A DNA stretch of 64,000 bases from a virus, in IMG/VR virus record IMGVR_UViG_3300024999_000072, positions 18,602-82,601 of that record. One strand, given 5' to 3'. Position 1 is the first letter of the stretch. Each line of letters opens with the position of its first letter. This document shows positions 27,169 through 37,955 of the stretch, one piece after another. The translations under genes and the position numbers were made by a program. A model generated the notes under the pieces. The model made no database searches, was not told where the DNA came from, and was given only the letters and a program-made list of their open reading frames with translations.

Positions 27169-27459
27169 ATGAACTATAAAGTTGTCATTGAAGAGCAAAT
27201 CGTTGAATTACAAGACAGACAAAAACAGCCAACAACACCGGATCAATCTTGTCTGATAGCCAGAACGATCATTGAGTTAGTAGAAATGGCAAAATGTCTT
27301 CCGGAAGAAAAAGAAATAGCCGAACCGAAAGTGCAAGTTTCAGAACGGCAAATAGTAGTCAACTTATTAGCCAATGTATCGAGCGATGTATCAGCGGAAG
27401 ATATTGCTAAGGAAATCGTTAAGGGTCTTGAGTTCGCTTCAGCTTCTCATAATCTCTAA
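27169..27459 (+). CDS. Cassette 3 sense gene
   Basis: RBS GGAGGTG; overlaps 3' end of antisense partner. Confidence 0.7.
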   Translation: MNYKVVIEEQIVELQDRQKQPTTPDQSCLIARTIIELVEMAKCLPEEKEIAEPKVQVSERQIVVNLLANVSSDVSAEDIAKEIVKGLEFASASHNL

Positions 27460-27598
27460 GGATTGAGGCACAGACTTGCGCGGCAGTCTTGGCGGTTCTT
27501 GCATTCAGTGCAACAAAAGCGTTATTGTCTGGATTCGGGTTTTTCTCATTATATCTTTCTAGAAAATCATTGAGTAATTTATCGAAGTCAATTTCCAA
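27419..27598 (-). CDS. Cassette 3 antisense small protein
   Basis: RBS GAGGTGA before TTG 27598; degenerate sigma-H promoter with 0A box 27652-27658. Confidence 0.7.
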   Translation of the reverse strand: MEIDFDKLLNDFLERYNEKNPNPDNNAFVALNARTAKTAAQVCASILRDYEKLKRTQDP

Positions 27599-27721
27599 AT
27601 TATTAATCACCTCGTTTCGTATCGACATGGATAGTCCGAACAGCTTACCATTTCGACACTAGAGAGGAAAAGCATGTATCAAGATGGAGTAATGCTGTGA
27701 AAACATTGGTGATGGAGGGAT

Positions 27722-30700
27722 GTGAACAAAACGGAAGCAAAAACCATCCAGCAGGATATAGAGAATGGAACGCTACCCATTGAGGCTGTCTGTGAAATGC
27801 TGGCAAATTCACTAGATGCTAATGCCTTATTTATATCACTGTTTCAACGCGAACAAGACACAGTTCTTAGTAATGGGGCAATGATCTTAGATGAATTTAT
27901 AGCCACAAGTAAAGGCATGTTGACTGGTAGCCTATTAATGGAACGACTTCTGAATAAATATGTAAGCCGCGAACAGGAACGGGCAGATACCCTTGCATTG
28001 GCCCTAGATGTATTAAAAGGGGCAAAAAATACCGAGAAATCACTCAGCAGTTTATAAGGAGGTGAAAACCACGAAAGAGCAGATCACCAACAAAGACCAG
28101 GCGTTTGAAACACTATTAGAGATCAACAGATCACCACGAATTGGATGGATCACCAAAGGCAGCCGCGCAAAATCAAATGAGAACATCGAGATATCTCGAG
28201 AGCTCGCGAAGGAGCTGGCTAATAAAACCGTCTACTTTTACCAAACGCTTGAGTTGCTCCCGTGCGATCCGTTTTGCAACTGCAGCGAAATAGAGGCCCT
28301 GCTACTAAAAACGGTCCAAGAACTGCCTAATGGTGACACGGTAGATGAGCTTGAGCAAATCATGTTTAGATTTTGCCCTTCATGCGGGAAAAAGTTCGAA
28401 CGAAAGCGAGGTGAAGGAAAGCATGGCAAAAGCATCCCTAACAGCGTGGATCAAGGGCCTAACGCTAACCCCGACATTTGAAAACCTACCAGACCCTAAA
28501 CCAACAACTCCCGGCGGATATCTAAAAACCTTGACCATGCCAAAATGTAAGTCCTGCAATTGGATTCTGCACTCTGGACACAAAAGCTTCTGCAATCATC
28601 CTAGATCGCCAGAGGCCACGAAGAGGAATAACGCGACCCGTATTCCTTCAATTAATACGAAGTTATCGCCAGAGTGGTGCCCGTTGAGGATTGTGTAGGG
28701 GAAAGGAGGAAGCAATGGAGTTATGCCCCAAATGTGGTTGCCTATCGTACTTCGACTCATACTTTCGAAAAATGATGTGCAATACTTGCCAACATACATG
28801 GAAGGAGGAAGGGAAAGTGGAGAACTTCCAAATAGAAGTAAAGGTAACGGATCTCGAAACATTTAAGCGAATCGTAGCGGAGAACGAAATATTAAAACTG
28901 CAGCTCGAGAAACTCAAGGCAGCAAGCAAGGAAGCTGCTGAAATCCTTAGAGATATGGTTGACGTAGCGAATGCAACAGGGAGCGCTTATTTGTATCGAA
29001 GAGATACCGAAAACGTTTTAAGGGTTATAAAAGCGTTGGCAGTTGGAGATAACGAACCCCACCCCGACGGCCCACCATCCTCGCCAGACGGTTCTGGAAT
29101 TAGCCAAGGGATCAAGAACATACTCCATGACATGCGCAATATGCCAGATGGCTCAACTTACTCAATTGCGCTGGTGCGTGAAATGCTCCATAGCCTCTTG
29201 GATGAGGAAGGGAGCGAAGACGATGCTCCGTAAGATCCTAGAATCATTCGTCGGTCCATTATCAAGCTCTGAATTCGCCACAGTCATGGACCTAGTCAGA
29301 ACAGATGTGAAAGTTAACCGCGTCGCCTTTAAACGGAGGACAAGCACTAAGGAAGCGGTTGACATTGCGTTAGGTTGTTTCATGGCACTCCAGAGGGGAC
29401 GGGTAGCTTAAGTATTCGAGAGGAGGTGAAAGAAATAATGAAAACCCTTAATGATGCACTTGAATTAAGCGAGAAGGATGAGCTCATGAACGAGTTGAAG
29501 GAACATGTCGCGCTCCGGGACAACATGGGCGGATCTCTCTATTGGAACACCATGAACGATGAGTGTTGTGCCATAGCAACACGGTGCGCAAGACTAGGTT
29601 GCGACAGGGCGGAAATAGCTAAAACTCTCGGTCGGGGTAATTTTATGTAGAAGGAAGGTAAGCGGATGGATATCAAGGAGCCCAATTTATCCATAGTTGT
29701 TTTAACACCTGACCAAAAGGTTGTAGCCATGAAAGCCGCCAAAGATTTAATGCATGGTGCTAGTTACATCCGTGAAATGGTTGAAGGTGATACCTTAACG
29801 GCCGAGATGCGAGACAGTATGTGCAACCTCATGGATCATTACACGAAGGAAATTTGCGAACCACTAGGTTATGCTTCGGCAGCCGCGCAGAGAATTGAAG
29901 AGAAACACGCTGACATTCGCAGGCTTAACGGTCGCATCCACGAACTTGAACGTCAGTTAGGTGAAGCTGCCCCAATTGACACCGTTCCCAATCTGCTCCG
30001 TAATCTTAAAGATGTCGTGGATGAGTGGTGGAAAGGACAGGGATTCGGCTGGATTTTTGAACTTCAATACAGTCCATACGGTTCAGTTAATCTAAAGTTT
30101 AGCTTTTCGTTCGACCATGTTTTCTCAATGTCAAATACGCCGGTGAGTGACAAGAAGACTAAAACGGATAAACGAAACAACTTGGAAAAACAGGGTTATA
30201 TCTTTCTCGTTGATGAGAGTGAACACCGTTTGATGGACTGTGATACTAATCGAATCTTGTCTCAATGTCTATTAACCAAGCGTTTCCCATCGATCACGAT
30301 TCGTTACTGGGAGAATCGACACGTTCACAAGAGCGACAAGTTTGCTCTCTGGGGAATCCACGCAGTTATTCAAGATATTAAGGACCTAGCGGTGCCAAGC
30401 GATATATTGCCGGGCTAACCAAGGCGGAAGGAGGCGCACCCAATGGTAAAACAAGCACTCCAAACATGCACATGCGGTCTAAATCTCAAGCTACCAGAAG
30501 GCGAAGTCCGAACAGTCTGCCGTAGATGCGGAGCCAAGTGGGAGATCGATTGCGGAGGGTTTTGGTTTAGCCAGACTGTGTTTGAGCCTTTTGTGGCAAG
30601 GGTGAAAAAGCAGACGAGAAAAAAGAGAAAGGCAGGAGCAAGGCGATGGCGTTAACCTCAAAACTGTTGCCCTATAAAGTAATAATTCCCTTCGTTGGTG

Positions 30701-31002
30701 AAGAGTTGAAAAGAATTTGGAACGTTGTTGGCGACCGGCTCATGAAAGTCGATTGGATCAAGCTTGAGGTAGAAGCTTATCAAAATTTGCAGAAAAAGAA
30801 ACAACATCACAAACGTTGGGCGAAGCTTATGCAAAGTGGCGGCATGGTTCGGGATAGCGAAACCGATAAATCGAATCATAAAACGTTGGCCACGGTAACC
30901 GACAGAGGGATTACCGTTGAGTACATGGATGGGCGAATGATCGGGCAGAGGCATGTCATCCCGTTGTTTATCGATTCGACTCAGTGGGGAGGGATGAAAT
31001 GA
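27722..31002 (+). other. Run of small early hypothetical CDSs (27722-28057, 28062-28481, 28423-28698, 28715-29233, 29223-29411, 29438-29650, 29666-30418, 30443-30655, 30646-31002)
   Basis: Tightly packed plus-strand ORFs with RBSs, several with zinc ribbons; no function recognised. Confidence 0.75.
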
Positions 31003-31253
31003 AAAACTCATTAGGTGATCTAAACAACCATTTGTTCGCGCAGTTAGAACGTTTAGGAGACGAAGAGACCAAGGAAGAAAAATTGGTAGAGGAAATCAAC
31101 AGGGCAAAAGCTATTACTCAGGTTGCTGTGCAAATTATCTCTAATGGAAAACTGGTGCTCGATGCCCTAAAGGTAAAGGATGAATACTTGGGTGGAGAAA
31201 GCAAGAAGATGCCAGCCATGCTTCGCGAAGCGTTTGTTCCATCAGGTGATTAG
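30999..31253 (+). CDS. Phage protein MKNSLGDLNNHLFAQLERL, copy 1
   Basis: Paralog at 57095; precedes an HNH-like gene at both loci. Confidence 0.85.
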   Translation: MKNSLGDLNNHLFAQLERLGDEETKEEKLVEEINRAKAITQVAVQIISNGKLVLDALKVKDEYLGGESKKMPAMLREAFVPSGD

Positions 31254-31254
31254 C

Positions 31255-31899
31255 GTGAATCGAAAGTACAGCGACGAGCAGGTGGGGTATATACGAGAGA
31301 ATATCACAGGACGGAGCTTCAAGGAATTAACAGCTATGTTTAACGCTCGATTTGGAATGGACTTAAAGGTTTCGGCAGTGATTTCGTTTGCTGATCGTAA
31401 TGGCCTTCACAACGGTCGCGATTCGCGCTTTAACAAAGGCTATGCCCCTACACAGTTTAAGAAAGGGCATGTTCCGTTCAATAAAGGAACGAAGGGAATC
31501 AGTTATTCAGGGATGGAGACAACTCAATTTAAGAAAGGTAACAAGCCTGCCAATTGGGTGCCTCTAGGGTCAGAGAGAATCACCAAAGACGACTATATCC
31601 AAATCAAAGTGCAGGACGGTAAGCTGCAAAAGAACTGGCGAGGCAAACATATCCTAGTCTGGGAGGAGCATAACGGCCCCCTTCCTAAAGGACATGTTAT
31701 TGTTTTTGGCGACAAGGATAAGCGGAACTTTGATCTTGAAAATCTTATCCTCGTATCTCGAAAACAACTTGTAAGGCTTAATCAGCACAATCTAATTCAG
31801 GGTAACGCTAATCTTACTAGGACGGGGGTTATTATCGCAGATATTTGTAACACCATCGGCGAGAGGAAGAGAAGTAGAAAGGAGAGCCAAATTGGATAA
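31255..31899 (+). CDS. HNH_3-like protein with TQFKKG repeats, copy 1
   Basis: HILVWEEHNGPLPKGHVIVFGD...ENL. Confidence 0.85.
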   Translation: MNRKYSDEQVGYIRENITGRSFKELTAMFNARFGMDLKVSAVISFADRNGLHNGRDSRFNKGYAPTQFKKGHVPFNKGTKGISYSGMETTQFKKGNKPANWVPLGSERITKDDYIQIKVQDGKLQKNWRGKHILVWEEHNGPLPKGHVIVFGDKDKRNFDLENLILVSRKQLVRLNQHNLIQGNANLTRTGVIIADICNTIGERKRSRKESQIG

Positions 31900-32290
31900 A
31901 TTCGAACTTGAAACAATCAACGTCCTACTAATCGACATCCTGCGCGAACTCGGAATATCTACACGCGTTAAGGGTTACCAACACATTATCACCGCCGTTA
32001 AAATCCTAAGGGAAAATCCGGATTCCATCAATGCTATGACTAAAGAGTTATACCCAGGGGTCAGCAAAATTCACGGCGAGGATATCAGAGGTAGTCGCAT
32101 TGAAAAGGGCATCAGGACTGCAGTGGGATCGAGCAAGGCCGATGACGTTACGTGGCACAGGATACTCGGAACAGCCGGACACCTGACAAACACAAAGTTT
32201 TTAGCAGCATTGGTCAGGGAGATTGAGGTCAGAGCTAAGCTATTTGAGATCAAAAAAGGGATTAAGGGGGTTGGTGAACAGGTTGGATAA
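31892..32290 (+). CDS. Spo0A C-terminal (effector-only) homolog 1
   Basis: LGISTRVKGY, TKELYP, SRIEKGIRTAV, TNTKFLA; no receiver domain. Confidence 0.88.
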   Translation: MDKFELETINVLLIDILRELGISTRVKGYQHIITAVKILRENPDSINAMTKELYPGVSKIHGEDIRGSRIEKGIRTAVGSSKADDVTWHRILGTAGHLTNTKFLAALVREIEVRAKLFEIKKGIKGVGEQVG

Positions 32291-32630
32291 ATACGAACTC
32301 CAGACAATTAGTATCCTCCGCGAACTCGAAATACCAGCACATATCAAAGGATACCAAAACATCGTGGCTGCAGTTAAATATCTCCACAAAAACCCAAACG
32401 CAATTTATCACATGATGAAAGAACTTTATCCAGAGGCCGGAAAAATGTGTGGCGAGGAAAAGCCTGGTCGCGTCGAACGTGGCATACGACACGCGATAAG
32501 TCAATCAACTGTAAGGCAATCGACGTGGATCAAGTTGTTAGGCAGAACTGGTCCCATGCCAAACGGAGAGTTCTTGGCGGCGTTGGATGAGGCAGTACGA
32601 ATTAGAATGGCGGGTGATAGCGTTGAGTGA
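32283..32630 (+). CDS. Spo0A C-terminal (effector-only) homolog 2
   Basis: IPAHIKGY, KELYP, RVERGIRHAI, PNGEFLA. Confidence 0.92.
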   Translation: MDKYELQTISILRELEIPAHIKGYQNIVAAVKYLHKNPNAIYHMMKELYPEAGKMCGEEKPGRVERGIRHAISQSTVRQSTWIKLLGRTGPMPNGEFLAALDEAVRIRMAGDSVE

Positions 32631-33366
32631 AACGGAGATATTGACACCAGGACCGGAGATGGACGAGGCGGTCGGTAAGATCATGGATGCAACGCCTAAA
32701 ATTGTCTGGTGGGCAATGGATCAGGAGGAAGATGGAATATTCCTAAGGTTTACCGATCTCAACATAGCCAATAACTGGCTGGATGATATCAAGTGCCACA
32801 TGATGCCAAATAGTATCTACAACGGAGTTCACCTTGTTCGCAAGGAAATATACCCACGGTATTCAGAGGACATATCAGCAGCGTGGAAAGTCATTCAATG
32901 GATCAAGCCAAATTACTGGGTGCAAGTGACCGAGAGCAGAAAATGCGCTGCGTGTGAAGTTGGGGAATACGGGAGTAATGGTGCCGTTGCCGTGGGAAGA
33001 GGAAAGGAAGCGCCAGAAGCAATCTGCAGACTTGCGTTGATTATGGACGCGAAAAAGCCTCTGCTGCAAACAGAGGCCCAAAGGGAAATCACTCATTTGA
33101 ATTGTACCATAGATCCAGAAAAAGTTGAATCATTCAAAAGTCAATGGAACTCTATAGATCTATCAAAAATTGAATCGTTGGCGGATTTTCCGTTAGTTAA
33201 GAGGGGTCCTGATTGTGAGATATGCAAATGTTTTAATTGCGGTGAATTGATCGAGTGTCATCACACAAGACCATCCGCGTTGTACCATTGCGGGTCGCTT
33301 TGTAAGGGATTGCTCCCTATTAAGGAATGTAAGATTTTTGACAGGGAGGATGAAGTCGATGACTAA
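32587..33366 (+). CDS. Phage ABA-sandwich-like protein with Cys-rich tail
   Basis: YSEDISAAWKV...APEAICRLAL. Confidence 0.65.
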   Translation: MRQYELEWRVIALSETEILTPGPEMDEAVGKIMDATPKIVWWAMDQEEDGIFLRFTDLNIANNWLDDIKCHMMPNSIYNGVHLVRKEIYPRYSEDISAAWKVIQWIKPNYWVQVTESRKCAACEVGEYGSNGAVAVGRGKEAPEAICRLALIMDAKKPLLQTEAQREITHLNCTIDPEKVESFKSQWNSIDLSKIESLADFPLVKRGPDCEICKCFNCGELIECHHTRPSALYHCGSLCKGLLPIKECKIFDREDEVDD

Positions 33367-33493
33367 TCTATGTGACACTTGCAAATTTGACCGCTTTACT
33401 AATTGCAAAGCAACATCCATCGACTTTATGTACAGAATCGGTTGGGGAGGATCAATAATTAGTTGCAAATATTACGAGCAGAAAGAGGGTTAA
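33359..33493 (+). CDS. Small Cys protein, 44 aa, absent from ORF track
   Basis: Hand translation MTNLCDTCKF...SCKYYEQKEG with GGAGG RBS. Confidence 0.6.
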   Translation: MTNLCDTCKFDRFTNCKATSIDFMYRIGWGGSIISCKYYEQKEG

Positions 33494-33497
33494 TTAA

Positions 33498-34190
33498 TTG
33501 GTAATTTCAGAAGAACATCTCCGCGAAGTATGCAAGGCTGGACAGGGTGCTGAATGCTGCAGATATATTGTTTTGGGCGACGCTCTTGAATGTTCCAAAG
33601 GTACGCCCTTAGGTGTACTTCTTGATAGTAGGGCCAAGCGTGGCGAAATTTTAGCCCAAGGGGATAATTGTGACGGGCTTGCAGCCCCATCTAACGAATC
33701 AGCAGCAGGGGGAGAAGTAAAAGTGAAGATTATCGATCAAGCGTCTAAGGATACAGGGATTTTCCCAGAGGACTTGAGAAAATACCATTGCGTTAACGAA
33801 TTCCGTAATAAATTTAATATGCTTTGTGACGGACCTTGCGAAGCTTGCTGGAATCAGGAGGAGCGCGAGGAAGGAACGAACGATTCCGATGTTTTGGCAA
33901 CAGTCACGGACGAAGAAGCTGAGCGCAGAGAAAAGTTTCATCTCAAAATGGTTGAGGCTATGAATTTGGTGAAAAAGGCCGAGGAGATTATGGAAGAGGC
34001 TCAAAAGGAAAAGAAAGCATGGTTCGTAGAGATGAGTGAAAAGTACAGAGTTACCGAGAATCCTATTTGCTTCGATCCTAAAACCAAGACTTTACGGAGG
34101 GTTGAAAGGTTCGGCGGAATAGAGACTCTATCGAAAGTGATCGAGATGTTGGCAGGAGGGCTAAGGAAGTCTTCTAAGTTAGGATTCTAA
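33498..34190 (+). CDS. Cys-rich hypothetical protein
   Basis: CKAGQGAECCRY. Confidence 0.7.
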   Translation: MVISEEHLREVCKAGQGAECCRYIVLGDALECSKGTPLGVLLDSRAKRGEILAQGDNCDGLAAPSNESAAGGEVKVKIIDQASKDTGIFPEDLRKYHCVNEFRNKFNMLCDGPCEACWNQEEREEGTNDSDVLATVTDEEAERREKFHLKMVEAMNLVKKAEEIMEEAQKEKKAWFVEMSEKYRVTENPICFDPKTKTLRRVERFGGIETLSKVIEMLAGGLRKSSKLGF

Positions 34191-34214
34191 ATAAAAGAGA
34201 GCGAGGAAATATAA

Positions 34215-35132
34215 ATGTCAGTAAAGGAAACGAAAACCCAAGAACAGTCTCAGGAAATTGCGCTTTTAGGCGATGGAGCTGTATTTGTAAAACGTACTGC
34301 CTCTGGCCTTGTCAAGGCTGTCAAAGCACAAATTAAACTTGAGGAGAAGAAAGGCCATCTCGCGGAAATCCAAGGGAAGGTGATGGTCACCGGAGCCGGA
34401 TACAACGAAATGAATAAGGTTGCAGGGGTTTCTGTTATCACTCCCGAGAAATTAACCTTGCCGGATGGATCGGTGGTTGTTAATCCATACCCTATCATAG
34501 ATCCTGTTTCGGGAAGTATCTCAAAAGTTTGGGTTAAAAAGATGGCAATCGGCTTAAGTCCAATTGGCAATCTAGTTATCACCACTTCCACCCTGCTTTA
34601 TGATATCCGAATGTATTTCATTCAGGACCTTATGAAAAAGATTAAAAAAAATTCTATTGCCGGTCGACTTTGTATGGAATCCATGCTGACAGATCAGGAC
34701 AGACTGAAAGGAATGTTTTGCCTAATTGAAGGTGAAATGGGAATTTGGGCGGACATTAATAACATAGATACAATGACCTGCATTGAGACATTCATACAAA
34801 ACAAGCTCTTTGCTGAACGAAAAGCCCAAACCATTGCCGAACGCAACGCGATGAAAAAACACCCTGCGCTTGCAACGACCTTAGTTATTCCGACCGGACC
34901 AGAAAAGGCCAGAACTGCAGTCGTCAATGTGGTTGGATTCTCCCATGATTTTTCCCAGCAGGAACTATTAGACATAGCTCAAAAAGCTGCTGACGGAGAA
35001 CCGATCACCGTGAATAACAAAAAGGTTGAGGTTGTCGATATCCCATCCAGTGAGCTCACTGAAGAAGATTTGGCAACCAGCGCCGACGAGGAAGAAAATA
35101 CAGAAGGCTCGAACGGCGGTGATCTCCTTTGA
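34215..35132 (+). CDS. Hypothetical protein, candidate ssDNA-annealing protein
   Basis: Coupled to SMC-like ATPase; acidic C-terminal tail. Confidence 0.55.
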   Translation: MSVKETKTQEQSQEIALLGDGAVFVKRTASGLVKAVKAQIKLEEKKGHLAEIQGKVMVTGAGYNEMNKVAGVSVITPEKLTLPDGSVVVNPYPIIDPVSGSISKVWVKKMAIGLSPIGNLVITTSTLLYDIRMYFIQDLMKKIKKNSIAGRLCMESMLTDQDRLKGMFCLIEGEMGIWADINNIDTMTCIETFIQNKLFAERKAQTIAERNAMKKHPALATTLVIPTGPEKARTAVVNVVGFSHDFSQQELLDIAQKAADGEPITVNNKKVEVVDIPSSELTEEDLATSADEEENTEGSNGGDLL

Positions 35133-37333
35133 TCAAAGAGATAACCATGCGCAACTTCAAAGGCCAAATGGAGTCACAAAAACTCACAGGTAGAGATATC
35201 TTTGTCGGACCAAATGGCAAGGGCAAAACAACTCGATTACAGGCCGTGGGCATTGCTCTCCTTGGTTATGTGCCTGGCAAAGGCAAACTTCCAACAGAGA
35301 CGTTCAAATTAGCCAGCGCGGACAATATGTCAGTTGGGTTAGTAACGGATAATCTAACCTTTGCCCGTACCTTTACTAGGTCGGAGAAGGGTGGCAAGGA
35401 CGGCTCAAATAACGTTACAGTTTCCCAGGGGATTGATTTATCACCTAGTCGTGGCGAAAAGAAAGCGGCAGACAAAGAAGCGAGGATTGCTTTCGAGGTT
35501 GGAAGCTTTCCTGTGATGCTGGATTTTAACGAGTTTCTTTCTCTTTCGGACTCAAAGCGCCGTGATTTTATCTATGGATTATCGTCCATCAAAACAGAAT
35601 TATGGGACAGAACCAGAGTTGAAGCACACATAAGGACAAAGCTTCTCACGTTGGATCTCGAAGTAAATAATCCTGATCAATACCAAATTATGAGCGGACT
35701 TATAGCGGACGCAATGAAAGAGTATCCCGAGAATGATGATATTCAGGCTGGATTACAGTCAATGATCGAATGGGCCAAAGCCAAGCAGACTCACTGGAAT
35801 GACGAAAAGAAGAACGCTGTAGGTGCGGTTAAGAAGCTAGCCGACATGAAAAATCAACTTGAGGAAACGGATCGGAATATTGTGCAGCACAAAGCTGAAT
35901 TAGAGCAGCTGCAGCAACAACTCACTGACAGCGAAAGTCAACTCGCCCGAGATCGAGAACGCAAACGAGCGATCGATCAACGTCTTGTTAGTATGACTGA
36001 ACTTGGGATGATGATCGAAACATTAACCAAGAGTCAGGCCGAACCTGCAGTTAATTATGATTTGCTGATTGCTGACCTCCGGGGGCACATTAAGGAATTT
36101 GATTTCAAAGCGGAGTTCGTCAAGTTTGATCAGGAATTGCAAACATTAAGCAACAAGTTAAAAGAGGCAAGGGAACAAGACCGAGCCACGATCACTACCT
36201 TAGCCCAAATTCAGGCTGAAAAAACGGTTCTTAATTCGACCTTAAAACAAATAGATGAGCAGTCGAAGAAAAATGGCGCCAGCAGGGTCTGCGTTATTCA
36301 TTCTAAGATCGGATGCGACAAGGATTTTAGCAAGGCAGCCACGGTTTTTGGTCAGCAGTTAGTCGTGTTGGAACAAAGAGAAGCTGACCAGAAGGCTGTA
36401 CAGAAGGAAACTAGGATTAAGATCGAAGGCCTTGAAACCAGCAAAAGTGACATCGATGCACAACGTACTGAGACACATAAGAATCAAACGACTTTGAATC
36501 AAGTGAACGAGGATACCAGAAAAGAAATTGCTGGACTAGAGAAGAAAAAGGCAGACGAGGTTAATGTCTCGGCGCGGATTAGTGACCAACTGAAGATGTA
36601 CCAAGAAGAATTGACCAGGCTTAGGAATCTACCGCCTGAGGCAATCGCCCCCTTGGATATCTTGGAGAAGCAGAGCGAAGGTCGTAGGTCGCAGATTAAG
36701 GAACTCAAGGTTAAGCTCGAGGGGCAAGAGAAGGCCAAAATTACGCTGAGTAGCTTGAAGTCGACGATGATAGACTCTAAGACCGCAACTTATAATGCGC
36801 AGTGCGTAAAGGATCTGTCCGAGTCTCTGGGTGCAAAAGGTCTGCAGGGTGAGTTGGTAAAAGGGATACTTGAACCCATACGCACTGATATTCAAATGAA
36901 TCTTGAACTGATGGGTATTGACAGTGAGTTTTACTTTTCAACTGAATCAGATACCGGCAAAGAAGTATTCCAATTTGGTTGGAGGAACGACCATGGAGAC
37001 GAACGCAACTTTGACGCTCTGAGCACCGGACAACAACTCCTATTGCTTATCGCGATGCTGGTCACCTTCTTAGAGCGTTCAAATCCACCATTGAAGGTGT
37101 TGGCGATCGATAACATAGAGAATCTTGACCGGGTGAACTTCCGCAAGGCCCTGATCGGCATGGACAAGCTCTCAGGAAAGATTGATAACATTATCCTCTC
37201 CGGAGTCGTTGATTTGTACGAAACGAAATGGATTGATGGTGGGGAAGTTAGAACATTGCTTCCTGAGCTCAATGACTGGGGGGTCACGGACCTTGGGGAG
37301 ATTGCATCCGAGGGGGTGGAGCAAAATGCCTAA
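35129..37333 (+). CDS. SMC/Rad50-like coiled-coil ABC ATPase
   Basis: GPNGKGKT, long coiled coil with central Cys/His, LSTGQ signature, LAIDNIENLD. Confidence 0.9.
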   Translation: MIKEITMRNFKGQMESQKLTGRDIFVGPNGKGKTTRLQAVGIALLGYVPGKGKLPTETFKLASADNMSVGLVTDNLTFARTFTRSEKGGKDGSNNVTVSQGIDLSPSRGEKKAADKEARIAFEVGSFPVMLDFNEFLSLSDSKRRDFIYGLSSIKTELWDRTRVEAHIRTKLLTLDLEVNNPDQYQIMSGLIADAMKEYPENDDIQAGLQSMIEWAKAKQTHWNDEKKNAVGAVKKLADMKNQLEETDRNIVQHKAELEQLQQQLTDSESQLARDRERKRAIDQRLVSMTELGMMIETLTKSQAEPAVNYDLLIADLRGHIKEFDFKAEFVKFDQELQTLSNKLKEAREQDRATITTLAQIQAEKTVLNSTLKQIDEQSKKNGASRVCVIHSKIGCDKDFSKAATVFGQQLVVLEQREADQKAVQKETRIKIEGLETSKSDIDAQRTETHKNQTTLNQVNEDTRKEIAGLEKKKADEVNVSARISDQLKMYQEELTRLRNLPPEAIAPLDILEKQSEGRRSQIKELKVKLEGQEKAKITLSSLKSTMIDSKTATYNAQCVKDLSESLGAKGLQGELVKGILEPIRTDIQMNLELMGIDSEFYFSTESDTGKEVFQFGWRNDHGDERNFDALSTGQQLLLLIAMLVTFLERSNPPLKVLAIDNIENLDRVNFRKALIGMDKLSGKIDNIILSGVVDLYETKWIDGGEVRTLLPELNDWGVTDLGEIASEGVEQNA

Positions 37334-37955
37334 GTTATTGAAATCAACTGGCTATGAAAAATTAAAGACATCAGTTGAGAAAGATTGTGTCGGAGGTAAC
37401 GGTTGCTTTAATCCTAACGGATGCGATAAGGAGTTTACCGTAATGGTACCTTCCGAAGGAGCAATGAAAGAATATACCGACACTGTTTGCAAGATGAATA
37501 CAAAATGTACCCACGAATACTGCGATAAATTTAAGTGGATTACTGACAGAGCAAAGCACTATGGGGAAAAACTCAGTCTTAATTGGGAGGATATTCTTAA
37601 TTCTTGGGAAGGTTCAAGGGGTTATTGGTACATGGATTATTACCAAGAAAGTAACCAACCAGAAATTAAGGGTGATAGAGTCAGGGTCTTTGAAACGGTT
37701 ACGGAGATGCTTGAATCTATTGGTAAGAATGAATTTCGTTGTCCTTCTTGTAGTGGAATATCCACAAGTCCCTATAAGTGCAACACCGGTCTTGAAATGA
37801 GCAAAGGTAAAATATGTGACTGGAATGTTGGGGGGCTGTTTGGCGATTTAGGTAAGGGCGTATTCGTTTATTGTAAAGACAAGTTAGTAGGCGAAAAGAT
37901 TTTTATGCCAGTAGCATGGGAACATGTGACGGATGGGGTGGAGCAAAGTGCCTGA
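37326..37955 (+). CDS. Cys-rich hypothetical protein bounded by direct repeats
   Basis: ATG 37326; repeats at 37313-37336 and 37935-37958. Confidence 0.75.
   Translation: MPKLLKSTGYEKLKTSVEKDCVGGNGCFNPNGCDKEFTVMVPSEGAMKEYTDTVCKMNTKCTHEYCDKFKWITDRAKHYGEKLSLNWEDILNSWEGSRGYWYMDYYQESNQPEIKGDRVRVFETVTEMLESIGKNEFRCPSCSGISTSPYKCNTGLEMSKGKICDWNVGGLFGDLGKGVFVYCKDKLVGEKIFMPVAWEHVTDGVEQSA

Noticed and set aside
25302-27720. CRISPR mini-array
   Set aside because: Repeats occur only in pairs, differ between units and are separated by whole genes
35129-37333. Wadjet, SbcCD or Lamassu defence system
   Set aside because: No partner kleisin, SbcD nuclease or effector genes; located in the lytic early operon
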